Shown here piece by piece: positions 54,501 through 63,571 of a stretch of DNA of 64,000 bases. The notes beneath the pieces were generated by a model. That model had not been told where the DNA came from, did no database searches, and saw only the letters and a list, made by a program, of their open reading frames with translations. The DNA is from Phoronis australis. Its lineage: Eukaryota; Animalia; Phoronida. The number at the start of each line of letters is the position of its first letter. Position 1 is the stretch's first letter. The stretch lies in contig NMRA01000100.1 of NCBI GenBank assembly GCA_002633005.1, positions 697,475-761,474 of the forward strand, given 5' to 3'. The position numbers were made by a program, and so were the translations under genes.

Positions 54501-55156
54501 GGGCTCCTGACACTACCTGGCTCACACGGAACGGGCACTTGGGGAATAGCGAGATGCTGCTAGATCCAGGCAACTATAAGATGCAAGAGGAAGAGCTATA
54601 TCATGACCAATTCTACCCATATGCTGGTGGCAGGAAGTTTGATTATTACTTTGAGAGTTACCGTAGCAACGAAGTGCGCAGGGACAGTGTGGCGAGTTAT
54701 GCTACTGCTCTGGATGGGAAGCGAAACAGTGTAGACCAGAGGAGGATTAGCTATGTGGGTAGTCATGGTGGTACTGAGGGGTACTATAGTTGTGATAGTA
54801 GGCGGAGTAGCTATGCAAGTGCATCTGACCTGTCACAGGTTGACCAGGTGTCGGCTAGAGATGTCAAAGTTCACACAAACAAAGGTGACACAGGATTGTC
54901 ATGCAGTGATCGTCGTTCCAGTTTTACCAAGTCAGTAGATGGCCAGGGGCGACACAAACGAGATTACAAGGGGTCGAGTCACTCGCCTCCACATTATCTA
55001 TTTGACCATTACCATGATGAGGTTAGGTACAATAGAAATAGCAATAATAACTACATTCGGCATAATGACATCTACAGTGACCCAGTATTACAGAGAAAAC
55101 TAAGGAACTATAACCATCAGAGTTATGCATATCATAATAAGGTAGACCACAACTGA
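357..55156 (+). CDS. Spliced gene (15 coding exons, 933 aa): tandem-domain protein tyrosine phosphatase-like protein, R2B (PTPRM/K/T/U)-like, probable pseudophosphatase
   Basis: Manually spliced exons of 162,91,77,37,98,117,152,136,150,177,132,126,206,136,1005 nt, all GT-AG and phase-compatible. Motifs [21 protein letters not shown] and VHCSxGxGRTG in D1, with a second degenerate PTP domain. Exon sizes resemble the conserved R2B PTP exon series. Confidence 0.9.
530..767. repeat. 21-bp minisatellite (accaaggagtgtgttctgtag), about 11 copies, just after the exon 1 donor
   Basis: Direct tandem repeat read from the sequence; explains the periodic ORFs on both strands. Confidence 0.97.
2085..3180 (+). 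mobile_element. Degenerate, 5'-truncated HINE/DINE-1-like (Helentron-associated) element
   Basis: Similar by eye to the internal units and 3' end of 18872..19970 (cccctagtggcaatttt units; ctagaag..accgt..cggtgca end). Confidence 0.75.
3975..4130 (+). promoter_or_regulatory. CpG-rich patch with YY1-like caaaatggcgg and donor-like gtgagt; possible alternative promoter or first exon
   Basis: Local CpG enrichment and motif only. Confidence 0.2.
4865..4958. repeat. 44-bp tandem duplication
   Basis: agtgagcttttgagtgttagcttgactgcttgctactgtaaaat x2. Confidence 0.9.
7590..7693 (-). mobile_element. tRNA-derived SINE head or tRNA pseudogene
   Basis: Minus strand has A box TGGTGTAGTGG and B box GGTTCGACTCC; acceptor and T stems pair poorly. 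Confidence 0.6.
8238..8401. mobile_element. ~165-bp foldback palindrome (MITE-like)
   Basis: atagattattacatg...catgtaataatctat arms pair almost to the centre, with internal bubbles. Confidence 0.85.
9466..9690 (+). pseudogene. THAP zinc-finger domain remnant (transposase N-terminus), frameshifted
   Basis: CCYGGDC (frame from 9466), then [29 protein letters not shown] (ORF 9465), matching the THAP C2CH signature. Confidence 0.8.
9960..10340 (-). pseudogene. P2X7 C-terminal (ballast)-like Cys-rich domain remnant, frameshifted
   Basis: [12 protein letters not shown]...RLNDLSWC, then after frameshifts [26 protein letters not shown]. Confidence 0.65.
13005..13290 (+). repeat. Unclassified dispersed repeat; related inverted copy at about 26820..27115
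   Basis: Shared blocks ccctagaaaaatggcc, tctcagaaat and gaaatttggccatgt in opposite orientation. Confidence 0.6.
13831..14024. repeat. 47-bp minisatellite x4
   Basis: atatttccatgtaagtgtactcagagctagccatatgccaaattcct units. Confidence 0.92.
15051..15703. other. Near-identical ~325-bp duplication joined by a single N (15376); likely uncollapsed haplotype overlap
   Basis: 15051..15375 vs 15377..15703 differ by only a few substitutions and one small indel. Confidence 0.8.
16158..18516. mobile_element. Non-autonomous TIR DNA transposon, hAT-like, with 5-bp TSD
   Basis: Perfect 15-bp TIR CAGGCCCGTAGCCAG / CTGGCTACGGGCCTG flanked by AAAAC on both sides; nested SINE at about 17253..17368. Confidence 0.8.
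17253..17368 (-). mobile_element. tRNA-derived SINE fragment (same family as 42126..42265)
   Basis: Shared cattcactagtaa..ccgagctc..ttgctcgattgtcagccagt blocks. Confidence 0.7.
18872..19970 (+). mobile_element. Full-length HINE/DINE-1-like non-autonomous Helentron element (copy A)
   Basis: 5' subTIR atgcgcccac within a hairpin, (gtcc)n microsatellite, ~150-bp internal tandem units, 3' subTIR gtgggcgcat plus stem-loop caacgc-tct-gcgttg, inserted at a T-run. Confidence 0.88.
21153..22347. other. ~405-bp duplication across a single N (21943); the first copy runs into a 385-bp Asp-codon-rich insert
   Basis: 21153..21557 vs 21944..22347 near identical; likely two haplotypes. Confidence 0.75.
22816..22996. 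repeat. 37-bp minisatellite x5 with alternating tatc/tacc variants
   Basis: tgtagagta(t/c)ctccttggccatcatatgatgttgtat. Confidence 0.93.
23629..23719 (+). CDS. PTP exon 2 ([30 protein letters not shown]), wedge and pTyr-recognition loop
   Basis: Acceptor ttgtttccccgcag, donor G|GTCAGT, 91 nt. ENRCKNAY is the KNRY motif equivalent. Confidence 0.9.
24382..24458 (+). CDS. PTP exon 3 ([26 protein letters not shown])
   Basis: DxxRVxL and DYINA motifs, 77 nt, AG / GTAAGA. Confidence 0.95.
25263..25299 (+). CDS. PTP exon 4 ([13 protein letters not shown])
   Basis: 37 nt, YIATQG motif, ttcatatttcag / GTATGT. Confidence 0.95.
26281..26378 (+). CDS. PTP exon 5 ([33 protein letters not shown])
   Basis: 98 nt, DFWRMVWQE and IVM motifs, CAG / GTAAGC. 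Confidence 0.95.
29037..29153 (+). CDS. PTP exon 6 ([19 protein letters not shown]...IRTFRISQ)
   Basis: 117 nt, (K)CxxYW motif, tttcag / GTAGTG. Confidence 0.93.
29877..30028 (+). CDS. PTP exon 7 ([23 protein letters not shown]...GPMVVHCS)
   Basis: 152 nt. WPD-loop position reads WNE; PxVVHC motif split at phase 2. Confidence 0.93.
30791..31867 (+). mobile_element. Full-length HINE/DINE-1-like element (copy B), closely similar to copy A
   Basis: Same subTIRs, microsatellite, internal units and 3' stem-loop. Confidence 0.88.
32278..32413 (+). CDS. PTP exon 8 ([17 protein letters not shown]...[11 protein letters not shown])
   Basis: 136 nt, GxGRTG signature, ttctag / GTAGGG. Confidence 0.95.
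33613..33762 (+). CDS. PTP exon 9 ([10 protein letters not shown]...DVTVIPV...GLEREMK), end of D1 and D1-D2 linker
   Basis: 150 nt, QYxF motif and linker, ttccag / GTAACT. Confidence 0.93.
34159..34335 (+). CDS. PTP exon 10 ([10 protein letters not shown]...ENRRKSRD...[10 protein letters not shown]), start of D2
   Basis: 177 nt, DFINA motif, CAG / GTGAGT. Confidence 0.93.
34592..34723 (+). CDS. PTP exon 11 ([29 protein letters not shown]...)
   Basis: 132 nt, D2-type FIVTQxP and DxWRLxxDY motifs, TAG / GTAATT. Confidence 0.94.
34807..36286 (+). mobile_element. Short gag-only Gypsy-type LTR element (TRIM-like) with nested MITE
   Basis: Diverged LTRs 34807..34911 and 36168..36286 (TG..CA), TSD gtaag/gcaag, PBS-like tggagacgag, PPT aaatggagagaag, gag remnant [25 protein letters not shown] and [17 protein letters not shown]. 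Confidence 0.8.
35414..35914. mobile_element. hAT-like MITE inserted in the gag remnant
   Basis: TIR caaggcttggaat / attccaagccctg with (t/a)atgtta duplication; removing it restores the reading ETAMLDTSEV. Confidence 0.75.
36288..36376. repeat. 44-bp tandem duplication abutting the 3' LTR
   Basis: caagatctcttgcaagtgtcataggactatgagatctttttcaa x2. Confidence 0.88.
36924..37049 (+). CDS. PTP exon 12 ([22 protein letters not shown]...RTFHVKK)
   Basis: 126 nt, CxxFWP and YGPI motifs, CAG / GTAAGC. Confidence 0.93.
38324..38344 (+). CDS. Candidate 21-nt microexon (VDWQHEK)
   Basis: Acceptor tttacctactag, strong donor AAG|GTAACA, phase 0/0, in frame. Confidence 0.4.
38761..38777 (-). promoter_or_regulatory. 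Consensus CTCF-type motif TGGCCACCAGGGGGCAG
   Basis: Match by eye to the CTCF core CCASYAGRKGGCRS; outside any recognised repeat. Confidence 0.5.
38814..38861 (+). CDS. Candidate 48-nt cassette exon ([16 protein letters not shown])
   Basis: Branch point gactaac about 25 nt before ttgcag, donor GAG|GTGAAA, phase 0/0, stop-free in the gene's frame. No expression evidence. Confidence 0.45.
39787..40005. mobile_element. Foldback MITE with ~85-bp inverted arms
   Basis: acagataaaatttgaatctaatactggaaataaaacttact ... agtaagttttatttccagtattagattcaaattttatctgt. Confidence 0.88.
41489..43726 (+). mobile_element. Old HINE-like copy interrupted by a segment containing a SINE
   Basis: 5' ttttatgcgcccac hairpin, cctagtggc units, 3' atttcaacgctcagcattgctcttg end. 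Confidence 0.7.
42126..42265 (-). mobile_element. tRNA-derived SINE
   Basis: Minus strand A box TGGCTCAGTGG and B box GGTTTGAATCC; second copy at 17253. Confidence 0.75.
43989..44507. repeat. Perfect 32-bp minisatellite x16
   Basis: atgcagtcatcaaagtaatgctctctatgacc with no variant units seen. Confidence 0.98.
45664..45869 (+). CDS. PTP exon 13 (ALANPLG...[17 protein letters not shown]...SPICVMSK)
   Basis: 206 nt. D2 WPD-equivalent is WPN; VMS replaces VHC; donor AA|GTAAGG at phase 2. Confidence 0.92.
47254..47389 (+). CDS. PTP exon 14 ([20 protein letters not shown]...NRPQLVENL)
   Basis: 136 nt, D2 NGxxRxG and VDIFxxVK motifs, TAG / GTACGA. Confidence 0.94.
48170..48453. repeat. 35-bp minisatellite x8, inside a degenerate HINE-like fragment (about 47727..48530)
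   Basis: acttgacatgacttagaggtatatg(a/g)tgacaatgc. Confidence 0.93.
49038..49140. repeat. Degenerate 30-bp tandem repeat, about 3.5 copies
   Basis: catggaaaatgagttat..cct.gaaaa units. Confidence 0.75.
50353..50663. mobile_element. Foldback element with ~85-bp arms and a one-sided tail, flanked by an 11-bp direct repeat
   Basis: ttatacagaattt...aaattctgtataa arms; ttaagcagtta at 50345 and 50664. Confidence 0.8.
51239..51388. mobile_element. PIF/Harbinger-like MITE
   Basis: TIR ggctgagttgcataaa / tttatgcaactgggcc with CTG 3-bp TSD. Confidence 0.7.
53004..53196. repeat. 65-bp tandem repeat x3
   Basis: actttaccacatcagtggtgaaac..gacaggacactca units. Confidence 0.93.
54152..55156 (+). CDS. PTP last coding exon: end of D2 (SEYTYCY) plus ~315-aa Tyr/Ser/Arg-rich tail
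   Basis: Acceptor ttccattacag, in frame with the 346-aa ORF 54116..55156. EYxYCY is the QYxFxY equivalent. TGA at 55154. Confidence 0.9.
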   Translation, partial: SEYTYCYTFCVRMLDAIMAQSVAKLSSKTRVPSGAPQPAVKQVAARAINDPVKTSTPGEGEKEKALADYKGFDHYSFIAQRVEEYRRQQKERALQSHSHVHYRLPDKYDEVPDIGGRAPDTTWLTRNGHLGNSEMLLDPGNYKMQEEELYHDQFYPYAGGRKFDYYFESYRSNEVRRDSVASYATALDGKRNSVDQRRISYVGSHGGTEGYYSCDSRRSSYASASDLSQVDQVSARDVKVHTNKGDTGLSCSDRRSSFTKSVDGQGRHKRDYKGSSHSPPHYLFDHYHDEVRYNRNSNNNYIRHNDIYSDPVLQRKLRNYNHQSYAYHNKVDHN

Positions 55157-58100
55157 GGGCCAGCTCTTGACATTTCTTGTGCTACCCTAGCTTTCTCATT
55201 ACTTGTGTGAATATGCACAGAAATCTGTATTGACTTGTCATTGGCTAGTATGCATGCAAACATTGCCACTGCTCTTACCCAGCTCATTCACAGATATGAG
55301 GAATGTGACAATATGTCAAATCATTCAAGGTATACCTTTCATTAACATTATTCAATAAGGGCATTGACCTTTTTACAGATAATGAGAGATGTCATATATA
55401 CAAAATTCTGTAGAGATAATTCCATTTTAGTAGTATTTCAAACAGCCAGGCAGAAGTTAATTTATCATAAATACGAGTAAATGGGCATCTTATATTCAAA
55501 ATCAACCGCCACCTTACTAACTAAGAGGACTGCATGCTTGACACTTTCTGGATTCTGGATTAGAGAGCATATCCTACAAATCTATGTTCTGAGATGCACA
55601 GGCATTGGTTTTTTTCTCTGTGAAAAGGTCAGTGGGTCAGTTAATTTTTTCCTCTCCATTGCACAAGATGTAATGTAATGTATTGTTAACCATGGGCTAA
55701 CTAACCTGTGCTGCCACCTGGATATATATGCAAGTACTTATTTCCAGTTGGTAGCACAGCAATGACTTCTCTATGACTTCTTTTTTCTCTTTGCCATGAC
55801 GAGATAGGTGAACAAAGTGGCTAGTTTGAGCACAGTTTCATACATATGGACTTTCTAGTTGTATATACAGATTTGGTTATCCCGGTTGAGTTTAAATTTT
55901 CTGTTGTGGAGGACACTGCATTAGGACGCGCCCTTTGTTTCATCGCAAGAATCCTTTATGGCATATAAGTACCTAAGGTGTATTTACATAAATAAGTTTG
56001 CCCTTGGGATACAAGTACAGGAAAATATCACCAGTCTGGTGAGAGACATATGCAACTATTTTAGTACATTACAATATAATGAAAGTTATTCTAATCCCAA
56101 TTCCTTGATTTACCTCCAAACTTTCCCTGTACAAGGGTCCAGTCCTTGGCAGAGTTGACTGTTATTTAGGTTGGGACTTGAATGCTGTCACCTCTGTTTC
56201 TGATACATTTGTTGGTTGACATGGTCAATGTCCTCTGTAAACATCTCTGCTGACATGAACCTTTTAGAGGTTGTGCTGACATACAGAAGTAAAATTGTCA
56301 GAACTTCATAATTTTGTAGAATTTAGAATGTTGTGTTCCATGTATGAGAGCCCTTAATAGATCAGTCAATTTGCCATTTCCTAGTGAATGGTTTTGCCAA
56401 AGTTGTGAACTTTATCTGTGAATTTGCCTCCTTGGAAATTCCTCATCGTTGCCGTGGTGCAGAAGTGCTTTGACAATCACAGCTGTGAATGACTTTGTTA
56501 ATAGCAAGTTATTAAGTAGGTCTTCTGTCAAAACTGCAAATTTGATCAAATTTTTATTTTATCTGTATTCTATGCAGCATTGTGTTTGTGATTCAAAGAT
56601 GGAATATCTCCCTGACTGGTAGACATTTGTAATGTGCTTCAAATTTCTGGATATCTCTGACTATGAAATGAAAAGACACTGCTCGAAATTTCAAAATCGT
56701 GTAGCAACTTTAAACACTTCTTGCTCCAAATTCTGCTTTTATTTTTCAGATTTCTATGTAGCATGTGTGATGAATTTGACTGAGATATTTGGTATGCAAT
56801 TGCTCAAGTGACTAGTGTCTTAGCATTACAGGAGTCGGAATGTCTCTTGACGCCAAGCATGATCCAAAACCTTTGGCAAAGAAACATGCTTTGTTGCCCT
56901 GAAGTTTCTCAGGTATTTTGAAGCCTTATAACTTGCAGGCTATGTTTTCAATTGATAAATTAGGATTAAGTGTCGGCATGTAAGGCTACATGGAAAGACT
57001 GCAGTTGGTTGTTCAAATATAAACAGAACTTTTAGTGAAGGTTGTGGGTCCTTCAAGGTTTGTTGTGGGTCTGCAATGGGTCAGACCCACTTGGGTAGGA
57101 AAGAGATTTTTGGCATGTATGCATGTAATTCCCAGTGTTTGTTGGTGTGTTGTTACCATGGTACATTCCAGACGCCGTTTGCAGTATTTTGAAGTCACTG
57201 TGTGCAGTGTTGTTTCAGTCGTGGTGAAGATAGAAGTTCGGTGAACCTAGGACTGGAGTTGATGAGACTCCAGTTACGATTGTGGACTTTCCAAAGTATA
57301 ATCATCTGTGATTGTGTTCCTTTTTCCATTTAGGGTTGTACAAATATTTAACTTTTGATAGTGGGACGAGCTTCACTCATGCCACAATTCTTTAAAGCTC
57401 TTTTGATAGGAGCGCTATAACCGTTTGTTGAGTTGTAACCTGATCATGTGTAAGATAGTGTCCTTTCAGTTTCATAAACTGTTTCTCGACTGTCATTAGT
57501 GAGTGCAGTCTGAGAAAATGTGCACGTGTGTTATAAATTACTAGTATAGCAGCGACCATTCTCAGTATACCTAGGCCACCTGGTTTGAGAAAGCCTAGCA
57601 ACGAATGCTTTGCTCTCCTGTAATGAATTTCTTGTTGAAGCTGCTCAATGTTCAGGGGCATTTGATGCGTCTTTCTTACTGTGATAGTAAGGAGGCGTCA
57701 CGTGATATTTGATTGCTTTTTTGAAAAAAATAGTTTATCCCGGTGCACTCTGGCCCAGCGTCGACGATCTGTTCACCTTACTTGGAGACATAACTGCTGA
57801 TGCCATACTACACTCTAACACTGTTTTTAAATTGCCTTTGGGCCTGTCATAGTGAAACAGAGACCGTTTTACATTTGTGTTGCGTGATCTAGCGCGTCGC
57901 AGTTTGTTGAATGGTATCATGGCAGAATAAGACCTTTTGTACCGTCGGGACCAGTTGTGCGTGGACCGTGTGTTGAAGATGTGATGTGTATCATGTCATG
58001 AGATGTAAAATTAGTTTGACACATTCGGTGAATGTGATTTGACTGTCTACTACAGTATTGAGAATGATTGTTTTTTTGTTGAACGTTTAACCTTTTAATT

Positions 58101-58438
58101 GAGAAAGTGTAAGAGCTTTTGGGCGCTGTAAGAGATTGCCGTCAGGGATTGCGTCTTCGGAAGACTCGGTCGAGGTGTTATGTGGTGTTGATTTTAGGTG
58201 CATCCGTGATGGAGCCTCGTATAAAGTTTGTGATTTGGATAAATATCTACCAGTTGAGTAGTGTATTGTGAAATTTTTAGCTGGTAGCCATTTGTGTTTA
58301 TAATCGTGGTTTTGGAGTTCCCCTTGAAGGAGTGACAATTGTTTTGTGGGACCAGTAGGCCAACATATGCTTTGCGTTGTTTTCTGTCAGCAGCCAAGAA
58401 CACCATATGAATCTGTTTATTCGAACAACCGTCAGTAA

Positions 58439-58444
58439 AATAAA
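58439..58444 (+). terminator. First canonical AATAAA seen after the PTP stop (another at 58574); possible poly(A) signal
   Basis: Motif only; would imply a 3' UTR of about 3.3 kb. Confidence 0.25.
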
Positions 58445-58869
58445 AATATTTTGTATATTTCATCCCTGTTTGGACTTTTATTCGCATTTTTCTTCAAATT
58501 TCAAAATTGATAGAACCGACTTTCAGTGTCGTGGTTTAAATCTGGTGGTCATTGTGTTGTTGTACCTCGAGAAAATAAAACAAAATTGCCCGCGCTGTCA
58601 AAGGCTCTATCATGAGAGTCTTTTGTGAATTGTTTCTCCAATATCTTTGCAGACACTTCGGCCAATTTCATGCGATGAACTTTTAAGCTTTCTGAAAAAA
58701 AATTACCCGGCAAAATACTCTAATGAACGGGCCTTTATAAATCTGTTCATTTGTTGAAAGGGAGTCATTTAAGAATACGTTTTGAGTAGATTGGTTTACC
58801 GTTTACTTGTTTTTAGATTTTATTATAAATAAGCGGAATGAGTATCTTCAATAACCTCGCTTTGACTAC

Positions 58870-59353
58870 GAGGCCCTTCCCACTGGGTCAAAAGATCGAG
58901 TCTGTGTTGGCGAAGGTTTTGTCTTGTATCGAAGTTTACTGTACGAGTTCGTCCCATAGAAAAGAGGTAGACTTGGCAGAGAAGCATCGAAGCTTCGCTA
59001 CAGTGGGAACGCCTAATTTCGATGCCACCGAAGCTATCGGCAGGGTTAACTGCGCTCGCCGACAACGGGCGGTGATTGGTTAATATTTTGTTCTAATATT
59101 TATTATTTTGTTAGTATAAGCATTCTGTTTGAATTTATACTTGTATTTGCTGATTTTTGTTGCATTACCAAAAACCACTGGCTTTTTGTTCAGATCAGCT
59201 GATACTCGGCCACCCAATCTCACTGAGATAACTCGCGGGTGAATTAGTTATCTGAATAACTCCGAAGCTGGTGGGAACGGCAACACTTAACTTCGCGGTT
59301 AACCACGCTCAAGCTTCGATAGTAGCGAAGTTAACAATATGGGAAGGGGCCTC
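58870..59353. mobile_element. MITE-like element
   Basis: Inverted ends gaggcccttccca / tgggaaggggcctc; internal aagcttcg repeats; no clear TSD. Confidence 0.5.
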
Positions 59354-59919
59354 AATGCATATCCTGCTTATGCTAATTTGCCTAGCTATGAATTGCGCGA
59401 CAGTGTATTGTACTTACTGGCATTGCTTTGTCCTCTTCATACCTACTTGAATTTGTTTGGATGTGTCAGTTTTTGCATGTGATTAACTGTGTGTAAATAT
59501 ATGCACTGGTATCTTCCCCGTATTTGCATTTACTACTGTAACTTCACTACGGTGCAATGACATGGTTTGTTATTTTTATATGACTGTCATTTATTCAGCA
59601 CGTTTTGTATGCTGTTAAACATTGTTTGACTAATACAACAGCGAAATACCATTCTTTGTTTTCCTTCTTGTCTTCTGATTCGGGTAGAGTTGAACACAAA
59701 CGCTTCACAGTGCAGTCCTGCGGAAGGTTACACTGCCAGAGTCCAAAATCAGCCAACGACGTTTGTGCGCTTAAAACGTAGTTGACCGTACCGTTGGGCG
59801 GACGTGGGCGTTTTTTCCAATTTATTAAAAACGGACTGCACGGCGTATTAAAAAGGATCTGTCAACTGCTAGTCTTTTCGTCAATTTTTCTCACTTTTTG
59901 GTATAACAACGAATGGATA

Positions 59920-60920
59920 GTATCACCTTGCTAATAGATGCCTATCTGCCACATTTTATGGAAATCCGTTGAAGACCTTTGAGGATACAAGAGTAAACGT
60001 AAAAAATCAAAAATTGCCACTAGTAGTCCCATTTGTCAGAAAGCCATCATCCGTTGTCAACTTCATAAAAATACATTTGCTAAATTTAATAAAGATCCTG
60101 TAGAGCGTTTAGGAGATGCAGCCATGGACGCAATAACAAACAAAACTGCCACTAGGAGGTGAAACAGTATTCGAAGTTGTCGGAAATCATCGTCAGCCGT
60201 CTTTTTCGCAGTAGGAACATATATGCCAATTTTCACAATCATCCGTAGAGTGGTTTGGTTTACAGAGGGGCAGACAACAAAAAACAACAGACCCGAAAAG
60301 ATTAAAAATGGCCACTAGGTGGCGTAAGTTACATCAAATCCATCTGAAAACTGGAGGATAGCATCATGTCATTAAAGTCATATGATCCGTTTTTAAACGT
60401 TTTAAAAACATCGTGAATCTGCATAAAAACCATTGGAACATATTCTCTGATACTTAATTAGAACTTTTCGTAAGTATGGGGTCGATCTGCTGCCTGTACA
60501 TATTGTATCTTTTATTTTCTTAAAATAAGCGTGATCAAAACAAACGAATGTTCCCATAATGCTGTGCGGTTTGACCTTTCGGCAACTCGGACAAATAGTC
60601 AGCTGTTTCCGGCACCGGTACTGCTTCGAAGAAGAGAAGTTCGCCTTAATAGATGCCTGACTGCCAAATTTTGTGAAAATCGGTTGAGGACCTCCGAAGA
60701 TACAGAGGTAAACGTGATAAAAAAATCTATCTAGGTGGCACACCTATAGTCGAATAGGTCCGAAATTCATCGTCATCTGTCATCTGCTTCATAGGAACAG
60801 ATCTGCCAAATCTCATCAAGATCCTGTAAGGGATTTAGGGTCAGAGATACAGCTGCAGACGCCGGACGACGGACGCTGGGCTCCCAGACAGAGATGACAG
60901 CAATACGCCGTGGCGCATAA
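59920..60920 (-). mobile_element. Degenerate HINE-like copy, minus strand
   Basis: Reverse-complement units gccactagg..gg and 5' end cagagatgacag..gcgcataa. Confidence 0.75.
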
Positions 60921-61675
60921 TAACGGGATAGTTTCGATAGCTCATTATGCTGCGGTAGCTGCTGTCTTAATCATCACTTAATGGGTTGTTTTCGACAGTT
61001 ACTGGTATCCCAAAGTTTTAGTGTTATGTATTTTACAAAATGTTACTTTCCGCCAGAGTGGGTTTTGTTTGTCACAGTCCATTTACTAACCAGTAACTTC
61101 TATTTGAATGACATGGAATTGTTTATTGTGGTACCTCGAATGCATTAGGTATCCCCTTTTTCGGCGTTGTTTTTGAGTTTCTGGCGACCCTTTTCAAATG
61201 ACAATTTGTCTGTCATGTGTCATTCGGTTTTGCGGCACGATTGTTGATTTTTTAAAATCTTACTTAAAAGTCAGTTTTAGCCGGTACCTCGAATATTTAG
61301 CTCAAGCTTTCAATGGCATGCAATGGTTGAGATTTTTTGGTACTTAAAGTGTATTTTGTTTGTAATCTAGTGAACAGTGACATGTATTCATTCACCGGGA
61401 ATTGTTTTCTGTGGTACCTCAAATGCCGTATGAGCTTGTCTCAGATCCAGAATGCGACCACACATGACAATCTGCCTTTAATATCCATCTTGTCACTAAG
61501 CTGTTTGACGAATGGCTGTGAGCGCGTGCACGCATTGATCATAAGTGCAAAGGAGATTAGAAACTCTGTGGTGAGAAAAGAGTTTTTCCTTCGTGTGTTT
61601 TTCAAAAATTGTCAATTTATTTTTTATAGAAATTCCCTCAAAGTGGAAAGTGAATAACTCTTCAGTAGAGTTTGC

Positions 61676-62410
61676 GAGGTGGTACTTTAGTCTGGAATTG
61701 TTTAAAACATATATTTGACGAGCTTCAGCGTTCCATGCCCCTTTAAGATGGGCATCACTGGGCCATGTACATGTAACTCTGCATTTTCGAGCCCACCCGT
61801 TATCGTGAGAAACGAAGACGGGTTGAACAGATTTGCGTTGACTTAATTTAGTTACAGCTTGTGCCGCATTCGTGCGTTTGATGCGCAACTTGTTAACTGG
61901 CATTTCTTACGATGATGACATTGCTGTTTTCACTGGTACATTTGAGGAACATGTTGTTATTGTTCGTGAGCTTTTCTGCAGGTTAAGACAATCCAATTTG
62001 ACGGCAAAGCCAAGCAAAATTAGGTCTGGTTTCAGTAGAATACACCTTTAGATTGTTTAGGTCACGTGGTCAGAAGAGGCATGATTTTGCTACAAGAAGC
62101 CAAAGTGTGTGCGATCAAGAACGTTCTCAGACCGGAATCTAAGAAGCAGATACGCCCTTTCCTAGAGTTAGTAGGCTCTTACAAGAATTAGTTTATACTA
62201 AACGTTTCGGCAAAGGCTATTCAGATCTCTGACTCGCGATCACTGCCCTAAACAAGGTACAGCGGAGTGACATTTTAGAAAATGCTTTGCAGAAATTGAA
62301 GGGACTTATGGTTTACTCCCCAGTCTTGAAGTTTAGGACATGAGGAAAAAGTCTGTTAGTTTGTGATAGCAGTGACCATAGGGGACTTGGAGCGGTATTG
62401 CTTCAGGTCG
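61676..62410 (+). pseudogene. Gypsy-type LTR retrotransposon pol remnant (RT to start of RNase H)
   Basis: AAFVRLMRNLLTGISYDDDIAVFTGTFEEH..RLRQSNLTAKPSK..GHVV..KKQIRPFLELVG..SPVLK..CDSS..GLGAVLLQ, with stops and frameshifts. Confidence 0.85.
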
Positions 62411-62914
62411 AGGATGGTTAGGATGTGACGGCCAAGGAATTGCAGACTTTTGAGTTTCGTTTTTAGTTTGAAATGGTGCCCTGTTTTTATTCTTTATAAA
62501 AGTATATCTATTTAAAATACAGGTAGTTAGCACTGCGATGTAATCAAACAATGAGCTGACCAGCTGAGAAACAAATGACCCAGTAATGTACAAATGAAAG
62601 TCCTTTTCGTGGTCTACTACTTCTATAGGTGCATCATGGATTTTCAGATGTTACTGTCGGTTTAAATAAAAAGTACAGTCTGCTAGCTAGATTGCAATCA
62701 GCTGATCATATCCGCATGAGCGAAGCCAATTATCCTCGCTCATGACTCGATGACTAGAGCAGCTTGGCGGCATCCCTTTGATCGTGAGCCGAGTGCGACT
62801 CAGCCAAGGTGGATCAATACGGTCTAGTTCAATTTTCCATACCCCGCCGTTTACCTTAACCACTGGGGTTAGAACCAATTTTATTTAGTGGGAATGTTCA
62901 TAGCATGTGCACTA

Positions 62915-63571
62915 CAAACAGTGTGCTTCTAGGGGTGTTTATTTGTATCATGAAAATGGCCACTAGATGGTGCTAAATAGGTAAAATCCAACCAAAACGA
63001 TAATATGCTATTGTTTTTTTTTAATAGAAAACTATTTATTGGATTTCATTAAAATTTGTTGAGGAACTTTAGACAAACCAAGGAAAGCGGAAAAAATGAA
63101 ATAGCCTCTAGGGACCACAACGTTTGTCATATCCGTCTGAAAGTTGTCGTCTGTAGTCAACTTCATATTAATACACTTAGTGCTAAATTTAATAAGTATC
63201 CAGCAATGGGTTAAGAGGACACAGCAAAAAAATGTCACTAGGAGGCACAACAGTAGTCAAAGTCATTATTGCAACTGTCCCCATCACACTGAGAACACAT
63301 ATGCCAATTTTCACAATCGTCCTTAGAATAGTTTGGTTAATAGAGTACCTTTGAAGATACAGACTAGGTAAACAAAAAACTAAAATTGCCACTAGGGGGC
63401 ATACTGGTAGTTGGATCCATCCGAAAGTTTGCTCATGCTGTCCCATTGATGAGTGCAACATACGTGAAAAACTAGGTTTTGAAGGCAGAGCAGTGGATGC
63501 CGGACGGACGGATGGGTACACGGACAGGGATGACTGCATGATGTGTCCACATCTAAAATCGTGTGCACATA
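62915..63571 (-). mobile_element. Degenerate HINE-like copy, minus strand
   Basis: ggacggacgg microsatellite, ttgccactagggggc unit and 5' hairpin remnant. Confidence 0.78.

Noticed and set aside
54116-55156. 346-aa ORF as a stand-alone gene
   Set aside because: It starts at GTG in intronic sequence; the acceptor at 54151 and the D2 EYxYCY motif show it is the last PTP exon.
61496-61903. 135-aa minus-strand ORF
   Set aside because: Partly antisense to the Gypsy RT remnant; no recognisable domain.
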